Below, piece after piece: positions 12,401 through 25,500 of a DNA stretch of 64,000 nucleotides. The notes under the pieces were generated by a model that did no database searches, was not told where the DNA came from, and saw nothing but the letters and a program-made list of their open reading frames with translations. The translations under genes were made by a program, and so were the position numbers. Origin of the DNA: Marsupella aquatica (lineage: Eukaryota > Plantae > Marchantiophyta); NCBI GenBank assembly GCA_973895155.1, contig OZ316897.1, positions 3,053,416 through 3,117,415 on the forward strand, in the 5' to 3' direction. The first letter of the stretch is position 1; every line of letters starts with the position of its first letter.

Positions 12401-14069
12401 ATAAATAGGTGTTCTAGCATGTGTCTCAGCTTCTTCCCATTGTTTTTGTCCTTCAGGTGTAAGTTGAGGCCTTGGATCATGTGCAACATTTGGTGGAGGG
12501 TCTCCTTCATTGGGTGGGACACCTCCTTCACCACCAATGTCTACACCAAACCAATCTGTCATGAAGTCATCCATGGCTGACTCTTGGTCTTGCATGACCT
12601 CATAATCTGTCCGAGGTGCCCCTTCATCTGGATTGTCATTATCATTGTCACTTGATGAGGAATCTGCTGATGATGTTTCCCTGTCTTGTGGCAAGCCCAT
12701 TTCTTGATATGTAGCTCTCAACCTCCTTGGCAACATATCTTGACTAGGCCGCACATTCTATAGAAAATACAATAAAGTATTCACAATGAAATTAACGCCA
12801 AATATAGTAGTGCTCGAAACATATTATTAACAATATAAAAAGAACATGTCATTACAAAACATACGTTCACATACGATGAACGTATAATACATGTCCCTAA
12901 AGTAATCCTAATCCCATTCATAATGTGTAAACAACTCCTCTCCAACTAGAATGGTCCTATTAGCTACAACTAGACAATGGTCATGATGATATCTCTGCCC
13001 ATAAGGGGCTGGAGGGGGACCATCAACAAAAACCCATTCACAGTTTTTCCTACGCTTAGGCCGGGTCCCCACAGTACTGTTGATGAAACCGGCAATATTC
13101 CCACTACGGATGGGATCACCATCAATTATACGCTGGTCACAATACTTTCTGGTGCAACCATCAAAAGTATCCATGTCCAATGCATAAGTCTTCTACTCAG
13201 GGTGTTGAACAAGGATCATGTTCCAATGTCTCCTCTTGTAAATGGGTCCACCATACGGGAACAACGTTGGTCCATCTGAAGAGCGCCCTTTTCCACCCAT
13301 ATCATCCAGAATAATGTCCTGACAAGAGAAAATCCCATACCCATGCCTCTCCCCTAGGGTCGAACTCTTGACAACCCAACGTCTTCCCCAAACTTCTATC
13401 TCCTCACCATAGGTTATATCACATGGCAAACCAAGGCACTCCGGATTCCAATCCTTTATGATAGGAACACACTTCCCTATGAAGGTACAAGGGCCCCATC
13501 TACCATCAACCCTACAAGTGTACTGATCCACTTCCCCTCTAGGCTGTCTTTTTGACTTTTTTTTCCCTCTTGTAACAATACCGTCACCCTTAATTGTCCC
13601 AACACTACCTTGCCCTGCTGCCACTAAACGAAAAGCTTGTGAAAGTGCCGAGCCTATAGCATCTAGAACTCCTTGTGAGGGAACATAGGGTGTTGGTGTA
13701 GTGGGTGTAGGCCTACTGGATACCTATAGGAAGAAATGGAACCAAGTGAGTGTGATGAACCTCCCAAATTTTATTTTATGCTACCTAGCAAGATTTACAA
13801 AATAAAATGGAAATCACAGTAAGTTTACAACTCACCATACGGGATGAAGAAGCTCCCGGTGTAAGACCTTGATGTTGGCCATATCGAGCAATGTGCTCCG
13901 CACATACATATGACTTTTGGACAACCATCCCCACACATTTTTTACAACCACAAAGTTGGCGTGGTGGACCACTAGGTCGACGTACGGTTGGTTCAGGTTG
14001 AGGAGGAGGATGACTTTCTTCATCGGAAGAGGAATCTGATGTGGTGGAAGTTGTAGAGGATGAAGACAT
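9490..14069 (-). pseudogene. CACTA TnpD-type transposase (transposase-associated Zn domain, Transposase_21, DUF4218, DUF4216); exons 14069-13836, 12757-11569, 11434-9490; frameshift near 10175
   Basis: Motifs CGCKKC...HIARYG, IHACVNDCILY...CPIC, RHVRLGLASDG, YNLPPW, spliced HDYPG|FGFVSG..GYKACSTC, LDPMHIEGNV, LKTHDYH, HLLVHLVRE..GPVHCRWMYWLERYM, YGKIEEI..FKCKWF. GT-AG introns have compatible phases. Confidence 0.9.
12908..13723 (-). pseudogene. SET-domain (lysine methyltransferase-like) exon inside transposase intron 1; one in-frame TAG at 13193-13195
   Basis: ORFs 13193..13624 and 12908..13180 share a frame: VVKSSTLGERHGYGIFSCQDI...FPYGG...YALD...IIDG...GNIAGFINS...NC...LVVANRTILVGEELFTHY. 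Acceptor TTCCTATAG precedes 13723. Confidence 0.8.
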
Positions 14070-14499
14070 CTGACAAGTATAGCAATTGGAAGGCGATTAG
14101 TAAAAACTTCACCAAAACCATCATTGATAATCCCTACCTAAACATATTAAAAAGAATTGACAGAAAATACCTTTATGAGACCCGGGCTTAGCAATGCCTT
14201 GACGGATCTTGTGGCTCAAATTTCATGAACCAAATCTGGAAGGAGGGGAAAATCTGCCAATATACAATGAATTAAGCCATGCCTTATGGTGAACCAGAAA
14301 AAAAGGATGATAGATTGTAACCCTCCATATTTACAGCAATGACTAGAAATGCATGAGAAAATGTTATACCTTTCAGATGCCCGGGCTCTCGCAAGGCATT
14401 ATCATGCATTAGCCAAAACTTTAAAAAACATGGGGAAGTGTCCTACAACGCCAAAGAGTTTTCCTCTCCATGTTAATGAGATAGACAAAGAAATATAAG

Positions 14500-15350
14500 T
14501 AACCCAAACCCTACCCTAAACCCAAACCATGAAATGAAACCCTTCATTAAAACCTAACCCAAATCCCTCAATCACCCTAAACCCTTACCCTTATCCTAAC
14601 CAATACCCAAATCCCTCATTAAAAATTCAAACCTTTACCCTAAACCCAAACCCCTACCCTAAACCCAAACCATGAAATGAAACCCTTCATTAAAACCTAA
14701 CCCAAATCCCTCAAGCACCCTAAACCCTTACCCTTATCCTAACCAATACCCAAATCCCTCATTAAAATTTCAAACCTTTACCCTAAACCCAACCCAAATC
14801 CCCCAATTACATATAAAACTCTTACCCTATCTACACCTTACTTTACCTATATAGGCCAACCCCCACCCCTATAGTTATTCTAAACTTCACCCTAACCCCT
14901 AAATTGAGGCCCTTTTTTAAAACTTAAGCAAAAATTGTACCCCCTCAATTAGAACCAAATCCAACCCTATATCATGTTACACCCCAACCCAAACACTTAC
15001 ATTAGAAACCCAACCCCTTTAAAAAAACCACAATTAAACCCCCCAACTAAAAACCAAACCCAATCCCTTTAAAAAACAACCACAATTCAACCCCTCAACT
15101 AAAACCAAACCCAACCCCTGTAATTACTCACAACCTAATGCAAACCTCTACCTTGAACCCTAAGCCAAACCCATTAATTTAAACCCAACCCTTTTATTCC
15201 AACCTAACCCAAGTTTTAACCCCCTTAATTAAACCAAATACTCGTAGATTAAAACCAAATATAAACCTAACCTTTAATTAAACCCAAACCTTTGTTAACT
15301 TATATTCTAGTTATCCTTACAACCCAAACATCCATTGACACCCCTTCCAT
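14500..15350. repeat. Degenerate telomere-like (AAACCC/AACCCT) array with a ~143-bp tandem duplication at about 14503-14792
   Basis: Strongly C/A-biased tract. The block CCCTACCCTAAACCCAAACCATGAAATGAAACCCTTCATTAAAACC... occurs twice. Confidence 0.8.
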
Positions 15351-15444
15351 GTTAACTTATGGGCACTTAACATACCTTAAATGTCGTTTGACAAACCTTA
15401 ATAGCCGTTTGACACCCCAAAGTGTTTTCCAACCCTAAACCGAT

Positions 15445-15705
15445 AAGACGTGCCTCGCAAATTATTTCACAAGTTAGAGAATATTTTTGCGAACCTACGA
15501 CCTTCGCACTTGCTTCGCAAAAACAGAGGCCGAGAACAATTTTTTGGGTCTTCTGCGGGTGCGATGGCTTTGCGAAGGGAATAGATTCGGAAGTGCCTCG
15601 CAAGTTGCGAGACTATTTGCGAGGGCGCGGGCTTCGCAGTTTCCCATGCGTATGTCATCGCAAACCCATTTTTGAACGGCGTAAACATCGGCGGGAGCTC
15701 GCATT
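15445..15705. repeat. Internal cluster of the CACTA subterminal motif (TCGCA/TGCGA)
   Basis: Same motif as at 8750-9110 and 26085-26570; a further cluster lies at 24950-25125. Confidence 0.65.
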
Positions 15706-16930
15706 CGGGCTCATTTCAGTTTTTGAGCGAGAGACGAGAAGGGCCGGGGCGCGTGCAACAGTACGAGGGAGACTGTGAGAGAGGGGAGCTATGGCTACCG
15801 ATGAGGGGAGTGGAGGGCAAGGTGGTAGTGGTAGTGGTAGTGGCAATGGGGGAAATCCAGAGAAAGAGAAGAATGCCTGGGCAGACTTAGTGGCCCAACA
15901 TCTCAGTGCTGCACAATTGGGAGAAGTGAATCTCAATTCTCCAGCAGGGCTTGCCTCTTTGAGTGCCATTCTTGGACAGGTTTTGCAAACTGGGATTGTA
16001 GCAGGACAAGCTACTAGAGAGGGGGAGGAGAGGGCCGCAGCTGAAGAGAAGGCTAGAGAGAAAAAAAGGAAGAGAGAGGAAAGAACTAAGTCGGGAGTTC
16101 ACTAGAAGAATCCGAGCTTATCTGAGACCGCAATATGTGACTCATTTTGGCTCATGTGACTTCATTGTGACTCAACGTGACGTGACCCAGGATGTGACCC
16201 TTGGAGTTGCAAAAGTTGAGACCAAAAATTAGAAGTCATTATTGATACTGGACATTGTGACTTGCTTGATACTCATTTGTGACTGATTTGTGACTCCATT
16301 ATGAAGTCTAGTCTTGTTGATACATGACTGCAATGTGACTTTAATTAGTCACAGGGTAAGTCATGTCCATGGCTTACTTGCCCTTAAAAGCAATTAGCTT
16401 GTGATCTTTTAGTGTCACATAATAGACCAAGGGAGACCCTGGTCCGAGTCACATAACACTTTCATTTGAGTCTCTACATAGTCATGTTCATAACTAATAA
16501 GGTTGAGATTGAATTTAAGGAAGTTGTAACCATGATTAATCCAAAATGAATTATAACAATTATGTCATAGTTCATAAAAAGAGATAATCAATTCATGAAC
16601 AATTCACATTGCATTACATAAAAACATTCATGTTCATCATCACTTTAGAAATATAACATATTAACACTTTAATAATATAACATATTAACTAAAAAAATAA
16701 ACAGAACATGAGCATGAATGACATCCACATGATATAAGCAAATATTCAACTGTTGCTAGGACCACAAACTGCAACTTTACTAAAGTTCAACGAGCCAATA
16801 GAAGCCCAAGAAAAAGTGCCAAACTACTAAGATGTTCCCTAGAATTTTAGCAACATGGGTACAATAGAACACAACATGATTTGCCGGAGCCTCCCGAAAA
16901 CCAAGATCCTTTGCAGCTGAGATTACCTAC

Positions 16931-17294
16931 TTAATATAGAAGTCAATCACAGTATCATTGAGAAATTCCATTGGTTCTAGTTGGAGTATGTCATGGTATG
17001 CAACCTCTACAGCTTCAGGATCATCCTTCAAGACCACAAAAACAGACAAAAATAATGCATAAATTGACAAGCAAGAAGAAAAGTGGGAGCGAGGACTACC
17101 TATAGCATACAGACCAAATCTCCCAATACATTTTGTAGAGACAGTAAATTAGCAACAATCCAAGACTAATATAGGATTTAGGTTGGAGCAAGCGAGATTT
17201 TATTTAAAGGTTCCCATACATTTGCATAGCTGTCTAAATGTCCTTTTTCAACGAATCTTACCTAGATGGATACGCAATTCTAAATCCCTCCATG
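16931..17294 (-). pseudogene. Captured Ulp1 (C48, OTS/ULP1c-d-like) SUMO protease fragment, two exons
   Basis: Exon 17294-17262 MEGFRIAYPSR plus exon 17026-16931 DDPEAVEVAYHDILQLEPMEFLNDTVIDFYIK; the second acceptor is damaged. Catalytic H-D-C exons are absent. Further upstream exon-like remnants extend to about 18600. Confidence 0.8.
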
Positions 17295-20200
17295 CTGGAA
17301 AGTATCACAAGAATGAAATCAAATTTTAACATACAGGAAGAAAATTATCCAGAACCAAAAAGGACTTTCTATCTCTAGGACGGATACTACAAAGTGACAA
17401 AGATCAGAATAGAGAAATCCTGACGGAAAATTGCTGAATCCATGTTGGTGTTTCAAGGCCACAGCTCAAGCTCCCAGATTTGTCAGACGTAGACGTGCTA
17501 GTTTTAGAAAGTATCCTACCTAGGTGACAGTGCACTTTGAGTTTCATAAACTTTTATCTGGGTAGCTATTTGAAAGTCATCGTACGTCTCTCAAGTTACT
17601 TTGACTTCTTCATCTTCTGAAGAAAACAACTCCACAACCTTTTCCTGTCACACCAGTCGGCTTCCAAAATTAACCCCACCAAATTTTGCTAGGGATTGCA
17701 TAATAGACAATCTATGCTTTTGCAACTGGCTTCATAAACACAACCACCTTTGCCCTCAAGATAATGATGGATCAAGAATCCCGTCAAAGCTTTACTAACC
17801 AGAATTCCAGGCGATGAATTCTGTTCGGGTACCTGAAATGCATATACACATCTCTCAATGGAGAATCCCATCCTTAATAGCATGACGTCCACGCGGTATT
17901 TACTACATCAATTTTGCACTTGAAAACTCCTGATTCGTCAATGTAGACGTCTAATAGAGATAATATCCTGTCAAAATTGACAAGCATGACCAGATTACCT
18001 ACGACAATTTTTAGGTGTAGACTTTAGGCATCAACATCTAGCGAAACACACCCAAAGTCCTGTATTGCAACACTCAAAGGTACAGAGCATGTAACTTTAT
18101 CATTTTTCTAAGTACGAGGCCCCAAAATGATCACATCAACTTACAGGTGAAAAGGACTGCTGAAGGCTTGCCATGTGTGGAGCCTTGACAAGCATATTAT
18201 TGCACAGTATGACGTTACTTCTATACACACGGGATACCCACATACTCATGACTAGAAACAGCCTACAACATGCAGTGAGCGTGTCATCACCTCTTTTGCT
18301 GCAAAAAAGCGCTTAGGTTGCTTCCTGTAAAACCTTCATGCACCAATCCAAATCCTTAGGGTTTAGTCTCTTCACAAACCATTTGCTCAAAACTGTTTGC
18401 AGCGTTTCAAAACTGCTTTCACCGAGTATACTTTCCCTCCAGAGTGCACTACTGCATCAAAAGGTCTAAATTCTGATCTGCTTTGACTTGTAACTTTGAC
18501 ATTGACACCAAAGCTATGAACTACAGTGGCAGTAGCGGAGTGCCATGTACCATAGCAAAGGAGCAAGCCAATGTGGTTCCTTACAATCAAGTGTCTATCA
18601 CCGTTGGAGTTGAATATATAACACGATACAACATCGGATCGTCATGATCTGCGTCTGGACCGACATCTATGTCAAAAATAGTCCAGAGTGGTCTTCTCAA
18701 GAAATTATGATTCAAGAACCTTACCAACAATCTGTGCACATCAGGTCAGTGCTGGACCCGCCACATTGACTGCATAGCTTTGAACCAGACTGTAATCCTG
18801 GTCGAGGTGAAGCTCCAGCCAGATCACAGGAGACGAATCTACTAGCATCTTTCCGACCGTATGCTGTAAATGCTTCTGTGTCTAGAGAATGTTGAGTAAA
18901 AGGCCCTTTCCCTTTGGAAGGATTTAATAATACACATTCTTTGCTAAATGCAGTGCCATTTGCTATGTGATCTTTGCTCTGACTCGCAGTGCCATCTGTC
19001 TAGGCAAAATAAAGACAAACATGTGAAAAGGAAAGGCAAACTACCACACACATCTGATGAAATGCGTAACGAAAAAAATGATACTATACGTCAACTTAGG
19101 CACCAATTTTTCCCAAATGATGCCTTGTGTGACAACTTGTGGACAGCGTGTGGCCCTGGTTTCTACCTTTGCATCAGTGACATTTACATATTTACGATTG
19201 GAAGTGGACGCACGGGTCGACTTGGGCCTACCATTATCTGGGAAAGCACATTTTCATATCAATCAGTACAGAATTCCAAAGATGAAAACAATCCACATTG
19301 CAACGATATTTATCATTCCATGAGGAACCAGAAATGCAAAAACTATCCAAACGTCAAAACAATGCAAAATTCAAGAGTGGCAAGGAAAACAGAATCAATG
19401 ACGGACATACCTCCATTTACATCAACTTTCACAACAGGTTTTGCCTGTTGATTTCCATTAGCCTGATCCCCACAAACATAAAGAGAGTAAGGCGAAGGAC
19501 CAGAAAGTGAAAACTGGGACCCCATCAAGTTCACAAAAGTTCATGATCTTCAGGGTGCTGATACAACTCACACGCCACCGGGAAGGTGGGGCAAATGCAC
19601 GACTTGGAACCTTGGTTGTTTCAAATGGACACGATAACAGGGTGAAAGCAGAGTTCATTCTGGAAGTGATCAATTTTTTTGTCACAACTAACATTAGGAA
19701 AAGGAAACTTTAACGACCATTCAGGAAGAACCATACGCGTCATCAAACCACATAGTCAAAAGGTTTAATTCATATAGACAAAAGACTTTTACAATTCCCT
19801 TGTTAGTGGTTGAAAGTACATAATAATAGGGACATTAGGGACAAACGAGCTATGGTTGACAAACTATCCAAGGGCCAGCAACGGATGGCATTGCAATTGT
19901 GCAGACTAGTTAAGTTGTGTGTCTCTCAACATATTCTATATGACGTAGATCTTGCCTTACTAGACAATGATAGTCATAGCAGTTGGCATGTCAGCTAAGT
20001 GGACAATCTTCCCGGCTGGAGCTTATAAGAACGAAGCCAGGCCACTATTGTTCGAAAGGCATAGGAGCATTGCGAGCTTGGGAAGCTCGCTGAAACCTAA
20101 ACAACTCCGAGCTGAAGCACCTAAGGACCCAAAAATGCCATCTTTTGTTACCTTAGAGGAACGTAGCTACAACTTTCGTACAAGTAGAATGTACCCGCTC

Positions 20201-21897
20201 CTTCCTTTTGTTCTCCAACTCCCTGACAAGCTTCTCCTTCTTTAGAGCCTTGACCATCTTCTCCAATTTCCCAGGATTTATTGTAAGAGCTTGTATATAC
20301 TTCTCATGATTTTTTATTTCCTCGTGTAGTTGATTATCACGCAGATTGGAAGAATATGTGGAAACGTTGCTAATTGCAATCTGACATTGGGTCGTTCATT
20401 ATTTACTCGTCAGAGTCTGCCGTGGAGTTCTACCCACTTTTCTATAGCCTGCATATATACTTCAAAATATTCTGTCAAACAGTTAACCTCTATTGCACCT
20501 TGTGCGCTCACAAGAATTGAGGTAGAAGGGATCCCGGTACGAGTATGTGCTCGTGCAGACGTCACCGACTGCTTCATATAATCATGTACCGACGATGAAT
20601 GTATGAACTCGTGTTCCTGATAAAGTCTTGCCTTTGACAAACTTTGTCGGTGTCGAAACAAACCATTGAAGTCACAGTGATTGGCCGACCAAACTAAGGA
20701 CACTTGGGAAAGGGGCAAGAAACGGCAACGGTCTTTGCTGAGGATTGAACATTCTAAAGTTCTGGCATGAGTTGACCATAGGGTGACTGGATCCATCTGT
20801 GTGGCTCTGTAAAGCTGTATTAGTCAGTTTTGTCCACAGGCATGTGTCCATTCTACGGATTGTAGGTAGTCCATTAATGCGGATGTAGTGTGCATGCATG
20901 AATGTACATCTAAGACTCTCAAAATCATGAGCTGTTGATTGCATCACTCTGAGACTGTCTGAAACCCCAGAGACTCAGGAGACGGATGTCTAGTATTCCC
21001 CCAAATGTGGCAGAACAAAGTTTGAACTCAAACTGTAGAGCTGATACGGGAGTGCCTTCAAGATTAGATATTGTTCAAAGAGATTGTGCAAAGACGAAGA
21101 ACGAGCGATGGTATGGTTGGCCTCAACATGACTTAGCTTTGAGCCTGATCCAGTGGGGCTGGCGTGGCGAGGTGAATTTCTCCTTGCTTTCAGCGTAGAT
21201 TTGATACTCTTCCTACATCAGGGGTCATCTCGATCAGTAGGACTCAATTGAGGTAAGAGAACCGCCTGCATTGCAACATGTACAAACTTGTGGGGTCTTG
21301 GACAAGACTAAATAATGCGACTATCGTAAAAGACGCAGGGAGAAAGTCTGAATTTAGCAAAAGATGATGAACTTCAGAAGGTGACAATGAGAAAATCAAC
21401 CGTACCGTGTCCATAAATACTGTTACTGTAGGCACGTCTCGGCCGGAAATTTTGTCCATGAAAACACCCTATTGTGTCGCCATGTCTCGGTTTGCCTTCA
21501 AGTTTAGATCAGTTCTTCTCAATCAAGAGAGATCTTCCCGTAGCAGGTTGTCAACAAAAAATGTTTGCTACGGTTGTTTGTCCCAAGAACTCCGTCTGGA
21601 AAATGGCCAGTTGTTCCATATATCAATGTGCAATCATGTAAAGCAGCTAGTGCCTACGCCGACCTAACATTCTTTGTCCCGATTCTGAATTAGATTTGTG
21701 GTACACTGTAATCACCTGGATTAATTTTATCTATGGCTGGCTTCTTTTCACAAGCTTCCTGTAGAATGGAGGGTAAAACGCCAACGTGGTCAATTTGTGG
21801 ACAGTTATCCATTGTTGACAACAACTTTTAGGGAACCAAAACCTTTTGCAGACAAGCGCTTCGATCTAAAGAACAACCAATCCGTGACAAGATCAGT

Positions 21898-22595
21898 CTA
21901 GAACTGCAGTGTCCTGCGAGATACGCGCAGTTCTCCCCAATGCTTAAGCATGCTGCGCCAATTGCAAAAGCTCTCAGTGCAAATGTTCTGCCGCGGATTG
22001 GTGATGGTGATATTCCAATGCTCATCCTTGAAGCCCGCCGCCTCAGCCCTCCTCTGATTGTACTCGATGTTTGCTTTCTGCTTAGCCAGTAGCAGACACT
22101 GGTCTTGAAGCTTATCAGGCATAGTGTCATGCACTTCCCACCAGCGGCTGTGTGCAGAGTCGCTCGCATACTTCCGGTATTCTCCGGAGTCCCAGTTACA
22201 ATCGTAGTCCCGGTAGCAGAGCCATGGTTTCCTGCCAAGGTAGTGGATGACATGCAACGATGGAGGGTCCACAGCTTGGAAGAGATTCGTCTTCTTGTCT
22301 CGTTCCTTCGTCTCATTCAACCAGAAATGCTTCAGGAAATTCAGGTGCTTGGGGATCCGGTACCATGAAGGAAAGATTTTGTTCAGATACCCCTGGTCTC
22401 CCCCGTTGTAAGACTCGATGTCGTTCATCTGATCCATGAGCAGATTGAAGGTGTCTTTTAGGAAGTAGGGCTCATCATGTCGAATAAGGAACCCCTGGAT
22501 GTGAGCGAGTTTGTAGATGAAGACATTGATACAGAGTATCAGTTGGACAATACTAAGTAAACCTTTTGAATGGAAGCCGCAGCTGGAGATTCCTC
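21898..22595 (-). pseudogene. Captured GT8 glucuronyltransferase/glycogenin-like (GUX/PGSIP) fragment with internal deletion
   Basis: TFNLLMDQMNDIESYNGGDQGYLN.IFP.W.RIPKHLNFLKHFW, HYLGRKPWLCYRDYDCNWD, ASD.AH.RWW.VHD and FCNWRSML.HWGE. It is preceded by a hydrophobic anchor-like stretch; the DxD-containing half is missing. Confidence 0.85.
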
Positions 22596-25500
22596 CTAAA
22601 AGACAACAAAAAGGCAGTGGAAAAGACACAGGAAGATCGCGAGCAGCTTGTTCAGGAGTTGAATAATGTCAAACTCTGTATTCTCAAGTACAGCTTAATA
22701 AAGAAACTCCTCCCTCTGCTCATGGCACAAGACAAAGCCATTGCGATGCCAAAGATTCCTCAAAGGAGACCTGCATTCGAGGAAAGGATGCCCCACGCCA
22801 ATCCCACTTTTCCAATTCAAAGATACTACATCGCGGCACAAACACAAACGCAGCTCTATCTGCCTTGTACACAAGCGCTCGACGTTCCGAGCAAGTCTCT
22901 GCTTCCAACCGCAAATCGGACAATCCATCTCGCGACCATCACGAGTCCCAAAGACAGAATTTCCCGTCAGACAGATGGCATTCGACCTCCCTCTTCAAGA
23001 GCCTCGATGACCTCCCACCAGCTCAATGACAATGGCACACAAAGCTCTGTTTGGCTTGCAAACCCTTGAGGCAAACCGACTCCTTGGAAAAACCTTCCCA
23101 AAACCTTGTGCGAGAGAGAAACGCCGAACGCGAAGACCATTCACTTGTCTTCCCATTGAAGTGGAGACATTAGTTCACAAAGAGACACGAAAGTCTATGA
23201 TTTGCCTAATGATAACCAAAGGACTTACGCAATAGTTATATGTGGGGTGAGTGGTTAGGAACAACTTTGAGCCAACCCTTTGGTGAAAAATGTGGCCAAA
23301 TAGTCAGGTATGACCCCACATTACCATTATGAAAAGTACCCATTTTTAGGGCTGGGGTACTTTTCATATATATTTAAGTTGGACATTTAAGTTGGACTTA
23401 TATTGAAACTGAAGCATGCATAGGTTGTCATATACGAAGGGGGCCGGCCGAAAGTACATGAAGGTTTATGGGACATGGCAATAAGTAAACCCAACCTGCA
23501 TATGTGAGGCTGAAATTGGGTGATAAGCACTCCTTTGGCACGACCAGAAGACCTTGATAGAAAAACTAGAGATTGACTACAAAAAGCATTAAGTTAGGTT
23601 AGCAAGCTTTGAGAAAGCTACCCTATTTGCAGTTGAATGGGGCTAGGGCTTCATTGTGTCTAAATGGGGGCAGGAATAATGATGGAATACTCATTAATGG
23701 TTTAAAATGGTATGACCAAACTATGATTAAATTAATGTGGAATGACATATGGTTTATCCAAAATCATATGTATTGGGTTAGATCCCATACTTTAAGGTTG
23801 AAGGGTTTAAATGTTGTGCTCTCATAAGTTGTACTTTAATGTAGAATCACTTGTATAACTTCAACCTAATTGCCTTAACTGAGTTATAGTTGCAACTTCC
23901 CTAAAAGTTGTAAACATGACTCCCCAAAAGTTCACCAAAACTCAGTCAAGGAGGTGTGACTAACATGACACCAACAACCTTGGAGTCACTGTTTCATGAA
24001 GGTCTTGGATGAGTCATGTTCTTTGTGGTCTCAAAAAGGGTGGGTTTCTTCTAGTGGTTGCCTCTCCTCAAGCCCTAGAGAAGCAGAAGAGAAGAGAGGA
24101 GAGAGATTCAATTCGAAAACAGAGGGAGGAGCAACGTCAGAAAGAGGAAGCAAGAAAAAAACTTCCATTCATTGCCTTGGAGACGAGTGGGACTCCAACT
24201 GAGCTAGCATATGCAGGGGCTAAGAGCACAATCAAGCAGATTATCACAAGCAATTTCTCACGAGGCATGCAGTGGGGGAAGATTGAGAAGGCAGAGCGAA
24301 AGAGGGTCATCAACCAAATCAAGGATGCATTTCACAATGGGCCTGACATAGATGAGCAATGGTTGGCAGATAAGATTTCAAATTCTATGTCTCAAATGCA
24401 ATACCATGACAGGATGAAGATTAGAGCCCACCTGAAAGACTTGAGATCATACAGGAACTTGCGCAGACCCCTCCACTTCACCGAGGACATCTGAAATTCG
24501 TTTTACAAGATTGAGGTGCAAATTAAGGCAGCTCACGAGTTGGAAGAGTGGAAGGGCAATCTAGATCGAGCCTTGAAAGCAAAGGAGGCCGGGAAGCTCC
24601 CCCCTGACCACGACCTGAAGCCACTTGAGCAGAAGGTAGCTGAGATGCAGAAGGTGGCCGACCAGGAGGGAAAGCCACCCAAGCGTTTCACAGATGCAGC
24701 CAAACGAGTGAAATCCACCCCCAATCCAGTCCACAAGTTGGGTCAAGGCGGGCTCCCCGGCCTCAAGTCACACTTTGTGAGTGCCTCTTGCTCCTCCCTA
24801 ACCTCTCTATTCCTTTCAGAGTTGTGCAATGCAAGTGAATGACATCCCCGAAGGTTCTTGCTGTTGTGCATGCTTGCTTGGTTACTAGTTTAGGGCAACT
24901 CTGACACTTAGAATTTCTGGCAAATTTTTAAAAACTCTCGGGAACACAGTTTGCGAAGGTGTTGCGATGCGTATTTGTTCGCAAACCCCTCGCAAAGTCT
25001 ATCATAGACTTTTTCCATTTCAATTTTCCGATGCCTTTGCGAACAAATGCGCATCGCAAACTCCATCGCAACGCCTTCGCAAAAAAAGGTGGTTCGCAAG
25101 TTGCTATGCTTATAGGTTCGCAAATTTGAATTTTAAATTTTTTTTGGGTCATGTTTAGTAGTTGAGGATTTAGGCGTCACTTGTGGCTATAGGGTATGCT
25201 TAAGGGCAAATTTAACCAATTTTAATTGGTTTTATGCATGGCAGTATCGGAGGTACAAAAGGAAGATATCAAAAAAGCATATTGAGGTGGCGATAGAGCA
25301 TGGACGAAAGTACCTCTTTGCGATGGTAGATGCCGAGTTGGCTACTGTAAGTGTCTAAGTGTGAACCATATGATTAGCATGTGAACATTGTGAGTGACCC
25401 TTTATGTCTTGCGGAAACTAATGATATGTAATGGATGCAGGATTCGGATGAGCCTAGGGGTCGGGTGCTGATGTGACCAGTAGTGATGACAATGAGGGGG

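Larger units (their letters stand above)
16100..24056. mobile_element. Non-autonomous Pack-CACTA with captured host gene fragments
   Basis: CACTAGAAGAATCC... / ...GGGTTTCTTCTAGTG termini. TSD GTT at 16097-16099 and 24057-24059. TGTGACT/AGTCAC subterminal repeats. No transposase inside. Confidence 0.92.

Noticed and set aside
14500-15350. True telomere or chromosome end
   Set aside because: Units are highly degenerate and the tract lies inside a TIR/TSD-bounded CACTA.
22566-23069. 167-aa plus-strand ORF as a gene
   Set aside because: No recognisable domain; it lies antisense to the captured GUX upstream region.
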